Assembly: GCF_006345805.1 (NCBI RefSeq)
Contig: NC_043000.1
Coordinates: forward strand, 128,588,001-128,652,000
From: Octopus sinensis
Taxonomy: Eukaryota
Length of the DNA: 64,000 nucleotides
Direction of reading: 5' to 3'
The notes below the pieces were generated by a model. That model did no database searches. It was not told the origin of the DNA and saw only the letters and a list, made by a program, of their open reading frames with translations. The position numbers and the translations under genes were made by a program. Below are positions 25,992 to 38,749 of this stretch, piece after piece (position 1 is the first letter of the stretch; the number at the start of each line of letters is the position of its first letter).

Positions 25992-26427
25992 AAGAGAGAG
26001 AGAAAGAGAGTTAGACAGAGAGAGAGAGAGAGTGACGGTTCATGGTATGTCGATAAGCTTAGTTACCAAGAGAAATGGAAAGCATGATGTTTCGGGATTT
26101 TGTATTTCATCACACAATGGAAAAAAGGCAAACTGTTGGGTTGCCTGTCAAGAGTCATGCCGATTTCACAAATTCTCTTTAACTTTTTGTTTAACATGTA
26201 TTACTTTCCATTTAAGATTTAACTTATTTCTAAATTGATGATTGTTACAATCTGGACAAAAAAATGAAAAAAAATGGTCACGTTAGGAAATCCTTTTGAT
26301 CGCAAGTTTCTCCAAACAGAGTAAAATACATTAAAAAAAAATTCTCATAGAGCTGCACCTTATTAAATACTCCATGTTTATGATTAAAAAAAATTATTTA
26401 GTTTTGTTCTTTTCTTTTGATTAATAC

Positions 26428-26625
26428 TGATTGTTGTTATTAAGCCCAGATCAGCTCCGATTGAGTAGAGCTATGTTCAGTGCTGTTCTAGTCGTGACTA
26501 TCCCGTTTTCTTATACAACATAGACTATATTGTTCAGTAATCCTTTTAAACAAAAGACGGTAAGTTGGATTTAGTTGCTATTTCAAACAAATCGAGCAAG
26601 CATACTGAGGCTCCTTCACTGGATC
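26428..26625. mobile_element. Family E interspersed repeat (SINE-like), degenerate
   Basis: TTGTTGTT...AGCCCAGATCAGC and TTGCTATTTC...TCGAGC motifs recur near 22020, 53570, 56370 and 60490. Confidence 0.5.
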
Positions 26626-26697
26626 GTCGGAAGTTCTGAAATTTCAGAGGGTATTCAACTATAACATGTGACCACAGAGAGAGAGGGGAGAGGGAGG

Positions 26698-26731
<34 letters not shown>

Positions 26732-27088
26732 CCCCGCCTAAATCAGTTTAGCTTAGACAGGAAGTAATTATGGAAAAATTAAAATATTCAAACTATTCAA
26801 CGAAGAAAATAAACAGAAAGAAAAGAGCATTCAAAAGGAAATGTGTCAAAATACTCTGTTTATATGTGTATGTATCTATATGTGTATATATTTATATGTG
26901 TATATAGCTATGTGATATATGTAACTTGAGCCGAATTTCGGCAGAAATAACATTTACTACTATTTCCTTCGGATTAAAATTCTATTGAATTTACAATATT
27001 AATTAAGAATTTGAATTTCGTAAGAATAAAGAATAGGAATATTACAATTAAGATTTTGTGTAATTTAAAACAGGTTCTTCAAAAGCAG

Positions 27089-27092
<4 letters not shown>

Positions 27093-27150
<58 letters not shown>

Positions 27151-27326
27151 TGTATGTATGTATGTATGTATGTATGCATGTATGTATGTATGTTATGTAT
27201 GTATGTATGTATGTATGTATGTATGTATGCATGTATGTATGTATGTTATGTATGTATGTCTGTATGTATGTATGTATGTATGTATGTATGTATGTATGCA
27301 TGTATGTATGTATGTACATATATATA

Positions 27327-27360
<34 letters not shown>
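27093..27360. repeat. (ATGT)n followed by (TA)n microsatellite
   Basis: Direct reading. Confidence 0.95.
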
Positions 27361-27364
<4 letters not shown>

Positions 27365-27775
27365 GCGCGTGCGAATGCACACACATACACACACAAACAC
27401 ATATAGGTATACGGATAGCTTACTTGCTAGATGAAATATCTCTTACTGAAATCTATTTAGCACAGTAAAGTAGGGCATTAGTTATACTGTTTTGACAAGT
27501 TTTATTTCCTCATTCACACACACACAAACAAACACAAGCACACTCACCCACACCACACCCACACACAAACACACACACACAAGATCCTAGTGGTACCAGT
27601 ACTTAACCTTGGAATTGAAAGTTATTCTAAGCCCCGAACTGTATGTTATATCTTCAGCCCACTCTTATATTGCGTTCAGGTCTTTCTGTGGTTTTGAGTT
27701 ATCATCAGTGACCTTGACTGCGATGTAATACTTTTGTATGGTCAGCATAGTTACTAAGAATAACTGACTGCATGA

Positions 27776-28170
27776 CTATTGACATGTCATAGTCACTAGA
27801 ATTAGTATTGGTCCTAGTACAGTTCCCTGATGGACTCCGCTTAAAAGGGATGTCCTGTCAGAAAGAGCACTATTGGCTGAAATTGCCAAACTCCTGTCTT
27901 TTAAAAATTCATATAGCGCTCCTCTAATTTTCCAACTATACCAAGGGCACTCAGTTTGTAACATCATTCTGTGATCAACTCCATCAAAGAGCTTGGTAAA
28001 GTCGAGATATATCGCCCTCTCATTTAAATGATTAATTTGTTGATTCAGTAACCACTCAAAATACTCTAGTAGCTGTGTGAGGCAGCTCCTTTCTGAATTG
28101 AAACCATGCCGCGTGTTAGTGAGCAAACCATTCTTTTCTAAGAATGTGATCGCTCTCTTCTGACAATGCA
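27776..28170 (-). pseudogene. CR1-like LINE RT fragment (domains ~2-4)
   Basis: LLTNTRHGFNSERSCLTQLL, AIYLDFTKLFDGVDH, SGVHQGTVLGPILIL. Confidence 0.85.
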
Positions 28171-28770
28171 TTCCCGGGGTCTAGAGACAGTCTTCTTTAA
28201 CTTCACGAAATTTATCTCGTTGGCTTTGGCTTCACTGCTACATCTGTACATCAACAATTCTATAATACATCTCTACATTGGTGACGATACAATTACCTCT
28301 CTACACGAACAACTTCACTCTACTACATCTTTACAACTTCTATACATCAATTAAAAATAACACAAATATTTGTATTAAAGGCGGAGGCATGGGTCTGTGC
28401 TTAAGAAGCTCGCTTTGCAACCATGTATCTTCGAGTTAAGACCACACTACGCGGCACCTTCTGTAAGTCTCTTCAATCATAGCCTCGGATTATATATATA
28501 TAGTATGTTAATTATGTTACTTCACCATCCCCATCACCACCACCTCACTGACACGGGGCGGTATCGCCTATGTTAAGAACCTATGGACTAAATCCCTCAA
28601 GGTGGTGCTCCAGTATGGCCGTAACCTAATGACTGAAACAAGTAAAAGATAAAAATAGATACCTTAAAATAAAAACAAATGTATCATTTGTATATTTGAA
28701 ATACAAATAAGTTAATATTTTCTAAATGTATAGTCCATCGCCTCTGTGTGTGTGTGTGTGTGTGTGTGTG

Positions 28771-28791
<21 letters not shown>

Positions 28792-28843
<52 letters not shown>

Positions 28844-29612
28844 GTCTGTGAGTGCTTTCTTGCGTGCTTGCTTCCTTGTGTGCTAGCTTACTTGCATGTT
28901 TGCTTGCTTGTTTGTAATTTAATCCAACCGAACCATCGCATAACGGGGAAATACCCTGAAAGTAAGGTACTCCTGAAATGTGAATACAAACAGAATAAAA
29001 CAAACTTCGCGTAATTCGGACCACGGATTCCCGAAATACACGGTCTTTTGGGGTTTGTTTCTATAAATTTAGGCAGCGAAACCTGGAGTTATTGCTCTTT
29101 ACTATGAACACCTGGATAGTTTTGTTTACATGCATGCTTGCGTGCGCGCTTGTCTGAAATTAAGTTTTCTCTGAAATGTGAATACAAACGGAATAAGGCA
29201 AGTTTCGCGTAAATCGGACCACGGGTTCCCGAGACACGGGTTTTTTTTTGGGTATCTTTATGATTGCTTGCTTGCGTGCATGCTTGTCTGTAATTTAAGA
29301 CAGCTAAACCAGCGCATAATTTGAAAGTACTCTGAAAGTAAGATACTATTGACACATAAATACAAACGGAACAAAATAAGTTTCGCGTAAATCGGACTTC
29401 GGGTTCCCGAGATACGCGTTTTTTCGGGTACTTTTATAAACAACCAAACCGGCGCATAATGAGAAAAATGCTTTGAAAGTAAAGTACCATTGAAATGTGA
29501 ATACAAAAGGAATAAAACAAGTTTTGCGTGAATCGGACAACCGGTTCCCGAGATACGCGGTTTTTCGGGTACCTTGAACTACTGGTGACCCAACAGGTCA
29601 CTAGTAGCCTAG
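28792..29612 (+). mobile_element. Non-autonomous Helitron with internal tandem repeats
   Basis: 5' TC-(TA)n-ATAATACTAAAAG then a (CTTG)-like tract; four copies of TGAATACAAA...TCGCGTAAATCGGAC...TTCCCGAGA; 3' hairpin CTGGTGACC-CAACA-GGTCACTAG then CTAG|T at 29609-29612. Confidence 0.8.
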
Positions 29613-29820
29613 TATAAATATAAATGAAAGATTCAAAGATCGAGGTCTAGGAAGAAAGTTAGCTTCAAGCAATCCGTAGTAAATATTAAAAAAAAAACAC
29701 TTTTCGGGAACAATAGCGATTTATTGAAGCGGAAGGTTGTGGATTTTTCGTATTGAAGTACGATATTCTGGAAAAAATTCTTTTTATATTTCACGGTAGG
29801 CCGGGTATGCGAATAAGAAT

Positions 29821-30174
29821 ACAAGAGTTAAGGAATGGAAAAGTAAGATCCAGGCTACATATGTTTCATAGAGAGAGGAACCTCGGAAGTGGTAAATATC
29901 CAAGGGAAGTGTATATTGCAAGCTAATCGTTAGGCCATGGGTATCTTGTTTAAATGAAAGTTGATATTGTCGCAAGGAGGCACATGTTAACACACGGAAG
30001 ATTCAATCAGAATGTACCTCCTTGAAACAATGTAAACTTACATTTAATCAAGATATCCTCGGCCTAACGTGTAGCCTGCAGTATACATCTAGCTTGGATA
30101 TTTACCACTTCCGAGGTTCCGCTTGCTATGAAACATATGTAACCCGGATCTTACCTACCCCATTCCTTAACTCT

Positions 30175-30177
<3 letters not shown>
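29821..30177. mobile_element. Fold-back element (MITE-like), ~165-bp arms, 26-nt loop
   Basis: 29821-29985 aligns end to end with the reverse complement of 30012-30177 (roughly 80% by eye). Confidence 0.85.
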
Positions 30178-30236
<59 letters not shown>

Positions 30237-30263
30237 ATTATATATATAATATATATATATATA

Positions 30264-30309
<46 letters not shown>

Positions 30310-30720
30310 GTATGCATGCATGTGCGTGCGTGTGCGCGCGCGTGTGTAAAAGTAATTTGAAAACCAAATTTGAAAAATTTAAAAATATCATTTGAATTTT
30401 TACAAAATAAAAATTTGCAAGTATTTCTACACGTATCTGTCTTTTCATTATAAATGTCTTATTTCCTACGATTTTACGTTCTTGAATTAACTACAGAAAG
30501 CGAAGGGTATTTGAGACCACTGAATTATTAATATACGATTCCTGTCTGACCAATTAAGAGGTTTTATTTCTTTCAGATAGCCTATATTTGATAAAATACT
30601 AACACAAAGAATGAAAAGACATGCAACCAGTTTCGCATTTATGCGATGTACAACGTTTTAGAAATTGCCAACGTTCTAAATTTAAAAGTTAAAAACCGCA
30701 AGAGCTTCCTTGACAACCTA

Positions 30721-30832
30721 CTCCGCTCGAAACGTCATACCCTCCTTCTTCCATTTTCCTGAGCGCCTAATAATAATAATACTGTAATTGTCCACGTGTT
30801 GTTGTTTTTTTCTGTTTTCCCGTTTGGATTAA
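30721..30832 (+). mobile_element. Solo 3'-terminal fragment of the Penelope-like family at 48291..53520
   Basis: CTCCGCTCGAAACGTCATACC...CCTGAGCGCCTA...TTTCCCGTTTGGATTAA is nearly identical to the reverse complement of 48291-48398. Confidence 0.85.
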
Positions 30833-30857
30833 CCTTATATATATATATTATATATAT

Positions 30858-30924
<67 letters not shown>

Positions 30925-30925
30925 T

Positions 30926-30961
<36 letters not shown>

Positions 30962-30962
30962 T

Positions 30963-31015
<53 letters not shown>

Positions 31016-31630
31016 CAAACTGATGGCTGGATAGTTTAATAGAAAAAATGTAGCTAGATAAATCTCAATCTCTTTCAAATCTTACCTTGTCGTTTTAATG
31101 CACTGGACTTGAGTAATGTTCTTGCTGATATGGGCTATACTTAGGAAGAAAGACGAGAGAGCTACGGCTGGAATGTAGTAGGTCATAGATATGTTCAATA
31201 AGAGCTAACTTGGGCTGAACAATTACAACAAATGCCATACATTAATTATTCACTATTTTTTTTTACTTGTTTTTACCACTGTAGTGTAGCTATGCTGGAA
31301 CGCTACGTGACAATGTCTTATGTGTTACAACTTCTTAATGAAAATCACCTTTTTGTTATACTACATCCACATCTAAGATGCATTAGAGAATTACTCCTAA
31401 TAATTCTTATGTCTATCAGTATTCGTTGCACCGTTAATTTATGGGACACAAATTGGACAAAGCATAAGCACAGTATCGATGTGAACAAACATGTCTAAGG
31501 CCACGCGAGAACACATATCCATAAATGGAATTTCACAATAGTTGTATATATATATACTTACATACATACATGTATACATACATACATACATGCATGCATA
31601 CATACATACATACATACATACATACATACA

Positions 31631-31661
<31 letters not shown>

Positions 31662-32669
31662 TTATAGCAATAGTAAATCTCCTCCTGGGGCTAAAAACAA
31701 GAGTAGCATCACCCTCTATGGGACCGCCACATTTAGTTGGCATATATCTTTTTTTTTTCTTCATCCTAAATCGTTAACTGATTAGCAGTAGAGAAAAGAG
31801 AAAAAGAGAAATTTCTTACATACAGGTTAAATATTTCCAGGACAATTGCTCCTTGCAGAAAGGCTCCAGGGCAATATTTCCTTGCAAAAAGGTTCTTTGC
31901 GTTGTCATAGTTAACTTTTTTTTCTGCTACAAAGAAGTTTCACAAGCTCGGATGCAGAGAAGGATTTCTGGCTTTTGTTTCGTATTATGCTAGCCGTCGC
32001 GATGAGTTAGAACATGCATTCTTTATATTCATCTCACAGCGGCTCTTGCCGCCAGACTTCGTGGGTAACCTTGGAAAAGCAACAGAGCATTTAGAAAACG
32101 CGGTTTGCCTCTGGCGGTAAAAATTACTACTAAAGAGAAGAGAATCTCTTCTCGGTTAAACAAAGTTGAAAAACTTGCATATTAATTTTCAATTTAAAAA
32201 ATGTTTAATTCTTTTGTTTTTCCTTTACATAAAATAAAATAGTGTTCCTAATTTTTTTCGCGTTAGTAGCCACGTATAATAGTATTTTATCCTTCTTTGG
32301 ATCATCGGAGCGGCATTAACTCAAGAAACAAATCAATTAAGCTAAATTCATCATTCTACTAAGTTTTATAAATATAAAAAAAGATAAAAGAGAGTTCATA
32401 GTTTAAAAGACATATTTCGTCTTTTTTTTCTTCATGAGTTATCTCTTTTGGTAATCGGCACCGATGATTGCACAGTAGCTGTAAATGCATTCACCGGTTC
32501 ACAGAGAGCGTCCTAAAATAATTGCTGAATGCTTAACATCTGTTGCATAAAGCGAGAAATTTCTCCACCTCAGACTGTAATAAAAATGGCCTTTTTACAA
32601 ATCAAATATCTCCTAAATAGATTTGAACTGATCTAAAAGTACATCAAAAAGTATATATATATATATGTA

Positions 32670-32872
32670 TACTCTTTTACTTGCTTCAGTCATTTGACTG
32701 CGGCCATGCTGGAGCACCGTCTTTAGTCGAGCAAATCGCTCCCAGGACTTATTCTTTGTAAGCCTAGTGCTTATTCTATCAGTCTCTTTTGCCGAACCGC
32801 TAAGTTATGAGGACGTAAACACACCACCATCGGTTGTCAAGTGATGTTGGGGTGACAAACACAGGCACATAA

Positions 32873-32905
<33 letters not shown>

Positions 32906-33068
32906 CATATATACGACAGACTTCTTTCAGTTTCAGTTTACCAAATCCGCTCACAAGGCTTTGGTCGGCCCGAGGCTATAGTAGAAGACACTTGTTCAAG
33001 GTGCCACGCAGTGGGAATGAACACGGAACCACGTGGTTGGTAAGTAAGCTACTTACCACACAGCGCCT
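32670..33068 (-). mobile_element. SINE family A, near full-length (tRNA head, CORE-like segment, internal microsatellite, LINE-type tail)
   Basis: Head ...GCTGTGTGGTAAGTAGCTTACTTACCAACCACGTGGTTCCG; CACCTTGAACAAGTG (CORE-like); tail GGTGCTCCAGCATGGCCGCAGTCAAATGACTGAAGCAAGTAAAAGAGTA. Confidence 0.92.
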
Positions 33069-33120
33069 ATAAACAACCTTAATCACTTTTCGAACCTTGT
33101 TGGGTTCTCATTAGAGGTGT

Positions 33121-33213
<93 letters not shown>

Positions 33214-34480
33214 TACTCTTTTACTCGTTTCGGCCATGCGACTGTGGTCATGCTGGAGCATCACCATGGTCTTTCTAACTTCCTCAGTCTGGGTGTTTCA
33301 CATCACCACTCCTGTATGTGCCTTTTTCCCAGCTGTTGGTACATTTGATTTATAATTGAGTTTGATTTCGCAGCCCTCGTCTGTACCTCATGTCGAGCTG
33401 TTGGTTCATCCGGCATTGTGGAGAGAAGGATGTCTAATTCCTTTTTGAAGATATCTACTTCCACCTTATGCAAATTTCTTAATTTTTGTGGCAGTACATT
33501 CAAAAGCTGTGGGCCTTTGAACCCTAGACTATTGCAATACCTAGTTCTGAATTTAGATGGAGTGGACGGTACCTTTGGTACAATGCAATGGCGGCCAGTT
33601 CTGGCATTTGTATAACACTCAATTCCAAAGTTAGGTACTAGCCCTTCTAGGATTTTCCATATGTATATTATTGCGCATCTGTCTAACCTTCGCTACAAGG
33701 AGTAAAGATGTTGTTTTCTCAGCCTATCCCTGTAGCTCATCCACTGCACTCTTTCAATCTTTTTAGTGTAGCGGCGTTGGACTGCTTCAAGCTCCGCTGT
33801 TAGTTTGGTACTATGTGGTGACCATAACTAGGTACAGTAGTCCAGGCGGCCGAGAACAAAGGTTCTCCACGAGGTCAACATACTTTTTTGGTCTCTTTTC
33901 ATGAAGGATCTCTATCCATCCTGCCGATTGTCTGCATTTTGCTGCCATCTTGCTTATGTGCATATGAAATGATGCGTCATTGCACATGCTGATCCCCAAG
34001 TCTTTCACTGCCTGTGACTCTGGGATTGTAGTGCATTCGGGTCTTGTAAATGTACATTGTACTGTATTTGTACTGAGTTTATATTGCAGTGCTTGAAATT
34101 TTCCAGCATTAAACTGCATGTTATTTATTTCGGCCCACTTGTATACTGAGTTCAGGTCCTACTGTAAGCATGTAATTGCCTCTTGATTTTTTACTGCCTG
34201 TGATAATTTTGTGTCATCGGCATAGCTAGTGACAGCGGCTGTCCGAGTGACTGTAGGCACGTCTAAGAGGGCTATTATGAACAGTAATGGCCCCAGAACA
34301 GTTCCCTGAGGGACACCACTCACGATTACAGTTTCCTTAGAAAAGGCGCCATTGGCTGCAACCACCTGACTTCTGTTTTTAAGTAAGTCATGCAACCATT
34401 CTCCCAGTTTACCAGCAATGCCAAGGTTTGGCACCTTATGACTTATCATGCCAATTTGTACCTTATCAAAGTAAAAGATT
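33214..34480 (-). mobile_element. 5'-truncated CR1-like LINE (RT C-terminal half to 3' end)
   Basis: SGVPQGTVLGPLLF, SYADDTKL, MQFNAGKFQ, KDLGI, LNVLPQKLRN...FKKELD...PDEPT...RAAKSNSII; several stops and frameshifts; (TA)n at both ends. Confidence 0.93.
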
Positions 34481-34494
34481 AAAAGAGTGAAAGA

Positions 34495-34550
<56 letters not shown>

Positions 34551-34636
34551 AATATATATATATAGTATATATATATATATTATATATATATATAATATAT
34601 ATATATATACATATATATATACATCTATATATATAT

Positions 34637-34724
<88 letters not shown>

Positions 34725-35171
34725 TATACATACATATATATATATATTACAAATATATATATATATATATTTGTACTATATATATATATATATATATACA
34801 TATACACACATATACACTCATATATATATGTTTGCAATGTATGTATGTATGTATGTATGTATGTATGTATGTATGTATGTATGTATGTATGTATGTATGC
34901 ATGTATGTATTTATGTATGTATGTATGATTAGTTCAACGGCGCCTGAGAGTTGAATAGATACCAGACTATTGGTAGCTGTTAAATATTCCCTATTTTCCT
35001 AATGTGGTATATTGAGGTTCGTTCTTCTCGAGTATTTAATTCATGGCTCTGACTACCAGGCGAGTCGTTCTGCTGCACACTAAGTAATTAAGCATCACAT
35101 TTAGATGAGCTAAAATTTTGCTGCTCAGCATGGGTTCATATGCGCATATATATATATATATTATATATATA

Positions 35172-35202
<31 letters not shown>

Positions 35203-35616
35203 ATATATGTGCGTGTGTGTGTGTGTGTGTGTGTGAGAGAGATGAATGAGTGTGTGTGTGTACTCGTGTAAGTGTATGTGTCGAAGGATGTATTTACGTC
35301 TGGAAATTTACTGTGTATGTATATAAACACACACACACACACACACACATACACACAAGTACACACACATACAATCACACACACATACACTCTCACACAC
35401 GTACACACACACGTACACGCACACACGCATACACACACGTACACATACACACACTCACATAGACACACACGTACACACACACACATTCAACACACACGCA
35501 GCTACATCTTTCGACATAATATGATACACAAGTGAAAACAAATGGAAGTGTTTTACAAACAACAGAAAAGTGTGGGGGTATAGAGAAAGAATGAATGAAA
35601 AGGAAATGAAATTTAA

Positions 35617-35625
35617 ATAATAATA

Positions 35626-35685
<60 letters not shown>

Positions 35686-35692
35686 TAATAAT
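35617..35692. repeat. (AAT)n microsatellite
   Basis: Direct reading. Confidence 0.95.
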
Positions 35693-36828
35693 AATGAATT
35701 ATCGCTCTCCTTAGCGAAGAAATTTTCTAGAATCATCTAGAAATTGCTGGAAATGATACGATGTTAAGTAGTCGTCTGGCGACAATAAAGAACAGCTAAC
35801 ATATATAATCTGTTTGGTTGGCTGTAGATTCTTCCGAATGGGCGGTGAGTACCATCTAATTCTTTTTATTCGGTCAATATCGACCAACAAGTGGCGATGG
35901 TGGAATACAGTGTGATGGATATGGTGGTGGTGGCGAGTTCATTCGGGGGTGAGGTGGGGAGTTCCGTCAAGTCACCTGATCGGTTGTAGGCGGGTGATGT
36001 GAGATAGATATTGTAGGAGTTAGAGCGCCCTCTATGGCAGGAGAAGACAACAGTAATAATGAATTAAAATGTCGATCGATATATAAATATGAATCGCGAA
36101 TTCGAGAAGTGTTTGCGTGTGCGCGCGCATCTATGTATGTGAGCGCGTCTGTTTTCGTGTGTGTGTATGTATGTATGTATGTATGTATGTATGTATGTAT
36201 GTATGTATGTATGTATGTATGTATGTATGTATAATGAATTAAGAACAGTAAATGCACATTGTATATGTATATTCGTGTGTCCATCGCATTTATGAATTTA
36301 CCTCCGTGTGGTTGTGTGTGAGTGTGAATGAGTGTGTGTGTGTGTGTGTCTGCGTCCTTGACATGCACACTGATTCACACACTCATAGACATACACACAA
36401 ACACACCCACGCAACTACATAAACTCAGAGACAGATAGAAAAATAGATAGTTACATTCATTGATCGATCGATTGTTAGGTTTACAAAGATTTTATGTGTG
36501 TGTTGTGCGTGTGTGTTGTGTGTGTGTGTGTGTGTGGGTGTGTGTGTGTGTATGTGTGTGTGTATGAAGAGAGAAATAGAGGTAGAGAGGGGGTGGGGAT
36601 ATTAGGTATATGGATTAGAAGACTGAGAAAAAGATAGATAGACTGGATAAGGAAAAGGGGAAGAAATGTGCACAGACGCGAAAATAGGAGGCTAAATCAA
36701 AGGGAACATGCGGGGGAGGGATAAATACATGAATTAATCGAAATTTAATATTTGTATTAAGTATATTATATTGTGTCCGTGTGTCTGTGTGCGCTTGTAA
36801 GTGCATGTAGGGGAGAGAGAGAGATAAG

Positions 36829-36861
<33 letters not shown>

Positions 36862-37734
36862 CAGAAAAAAAGAGAGTGACGGAAATATAGCGAAACAGAA
36901 AGTAAAAAAAGCGAGCGCAGAAGAGATATGTCCAAGTTCAATGCTGTGTACTGATGAAATAATTGTTATGTGGAACAATCCACACATAGGTACAGACTCA
37001 CATAAACATTACGCACGCGTGTATATAAACAAGTATGTAACAAGTATGTAAACACATACACGCACCTATGCACTTTTGCAAATACACACACAAAACGCGC
37101 TCTATCACACGAATTTAGGTGTATAAAGACCATATGTGCAACTATGCAGGTATCAACTTGCCGTTTTATGACTGAATACAATCTATCAGTCTGTCAATGT
37201 GCTTGTATGTATGTTCTTTTCTGTTTTTAATTACTTGAAATCTTCCTCTGAGGCATCCAGAAAACCGGCCCGATGAATTTATATGATTGGGAAGTTAGCT
37301 GATTTCTAACAAAGATACAAAGCTTTGTCGTTGGAAGAACGAAAACAAATTCACATTTTAAACTTGAGAAAAGCCTTGCATATTTTTACCGTTCCACATA
37401 CAGATTGCATTTGTAATGTACGAATTAGCTGGTTGATACTTTTCCTGAAAACCCTAACTTACCAAGATTGTCACTTAGGTATGTATGTATGTATGTGTGT
37501 ATGTATGTATGTATGTATGTATGTATGCATGTATGTATGTATGTATGTATGTATGTATGTATGTGTACACACTCGCGCACACACTCATAGATAAGGACCC
37601 AGCCACTCCCCGTGAACGAATATGGCTAGGTAACATGTACCATGCTTTCACCAATTGCTGCATGTACCTATATAGTCGGGAGCAGATATAAACATCTCTT
37701 GACTCTTCCACTCTTTGACCTAGTGGAAAAGAAG

Positions 37735-37880
37735 AGCTGCACAGTCATTCGCCTGGTACTCATATTTAACTGAGTGAACGGGTGCAACATGGAATGAAGT
37801 GATATGCTCAAGGACACGATGTACTGCCCGGCCCAAGAATCGAACCCACATTATGATCGTGAACCGAACACTTTAAACTT
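37735..37880 (-). mobile_element. SINE family D (tRNA head + CORE-like)
   Basis: Reverse complement GGGTTCGATTCTTGGG...TGTCCTTGAGCATATCACTTCATTCCATGTTGC. Confidence 0.65.
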
Positions 37881-38239
37881 CTGTGTGTGTATGAGTATGT
37901 GCGTACTATATACAGACAGACACACACACACACACGCGCGCACGCGCGCACACACACACACATACACATGTGAACCGGTTGTGTGGTTAGAATATCGGAT
38001 AAAATATATTACACTATTTGTACTTGGTATCTTAGTTCAAATCCTACCACGGTTCCAGTATCGATAAATAAATTATCGACCAGTCCAGGGCTGAGGTTTG
38101 GTGGAACTTTTGGACCGTCAGAAAAGATTCTTTCGCAGTTCTTGTTCTCTGCGTTCTGAGTTCCAATTCCCCATCTTTATGTTATTGCGAAGTGCTTGCT
38201 CCTTAAAGGTACAGTAGGGTATATATGTATGTATGTATG

Positions 38240-38335
<96 letters not shown>

Positions 38336-38388
38336 GTGGTGTGTGGTGTGTGGTGTGTGTGTGTGTGGTGTGTGTGTGTGGTGTGTGT

Positions 38389-38426
<38 letters not shown>

Positions 38427-38749
38427 CGCGTGTACACAGCTTCTTTCAGTCATTACATTGTAGCCATGCTGGAGTACTGCATTGAAGAATTTTAGTCGAG
38501 CAAATCAATCCCAGTATTTTCTTTTTAAGCTTGGTACTTACTCTATCGGTCTACTTTGTGTGTACGCACACAAACACACAGACACATACACATACACTCA
38601 CTAACACACACATACACACACACACACACACATACACACATGTATATATATATATGACGATATTCTTTAAGGTTCTGTCTACCATACTCATTCACAAGGC
38701 TTTGGTTCAGCCCGAGTGTACAGTAGAAGATACTTGCATAAAAGGAAAA

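Noticed and set aside
28970-29580. Spaced repeats as a CRISPR-like array
   Set aside because: Eukaryotic context, long degenerate units, related spacers and Helitron termini.
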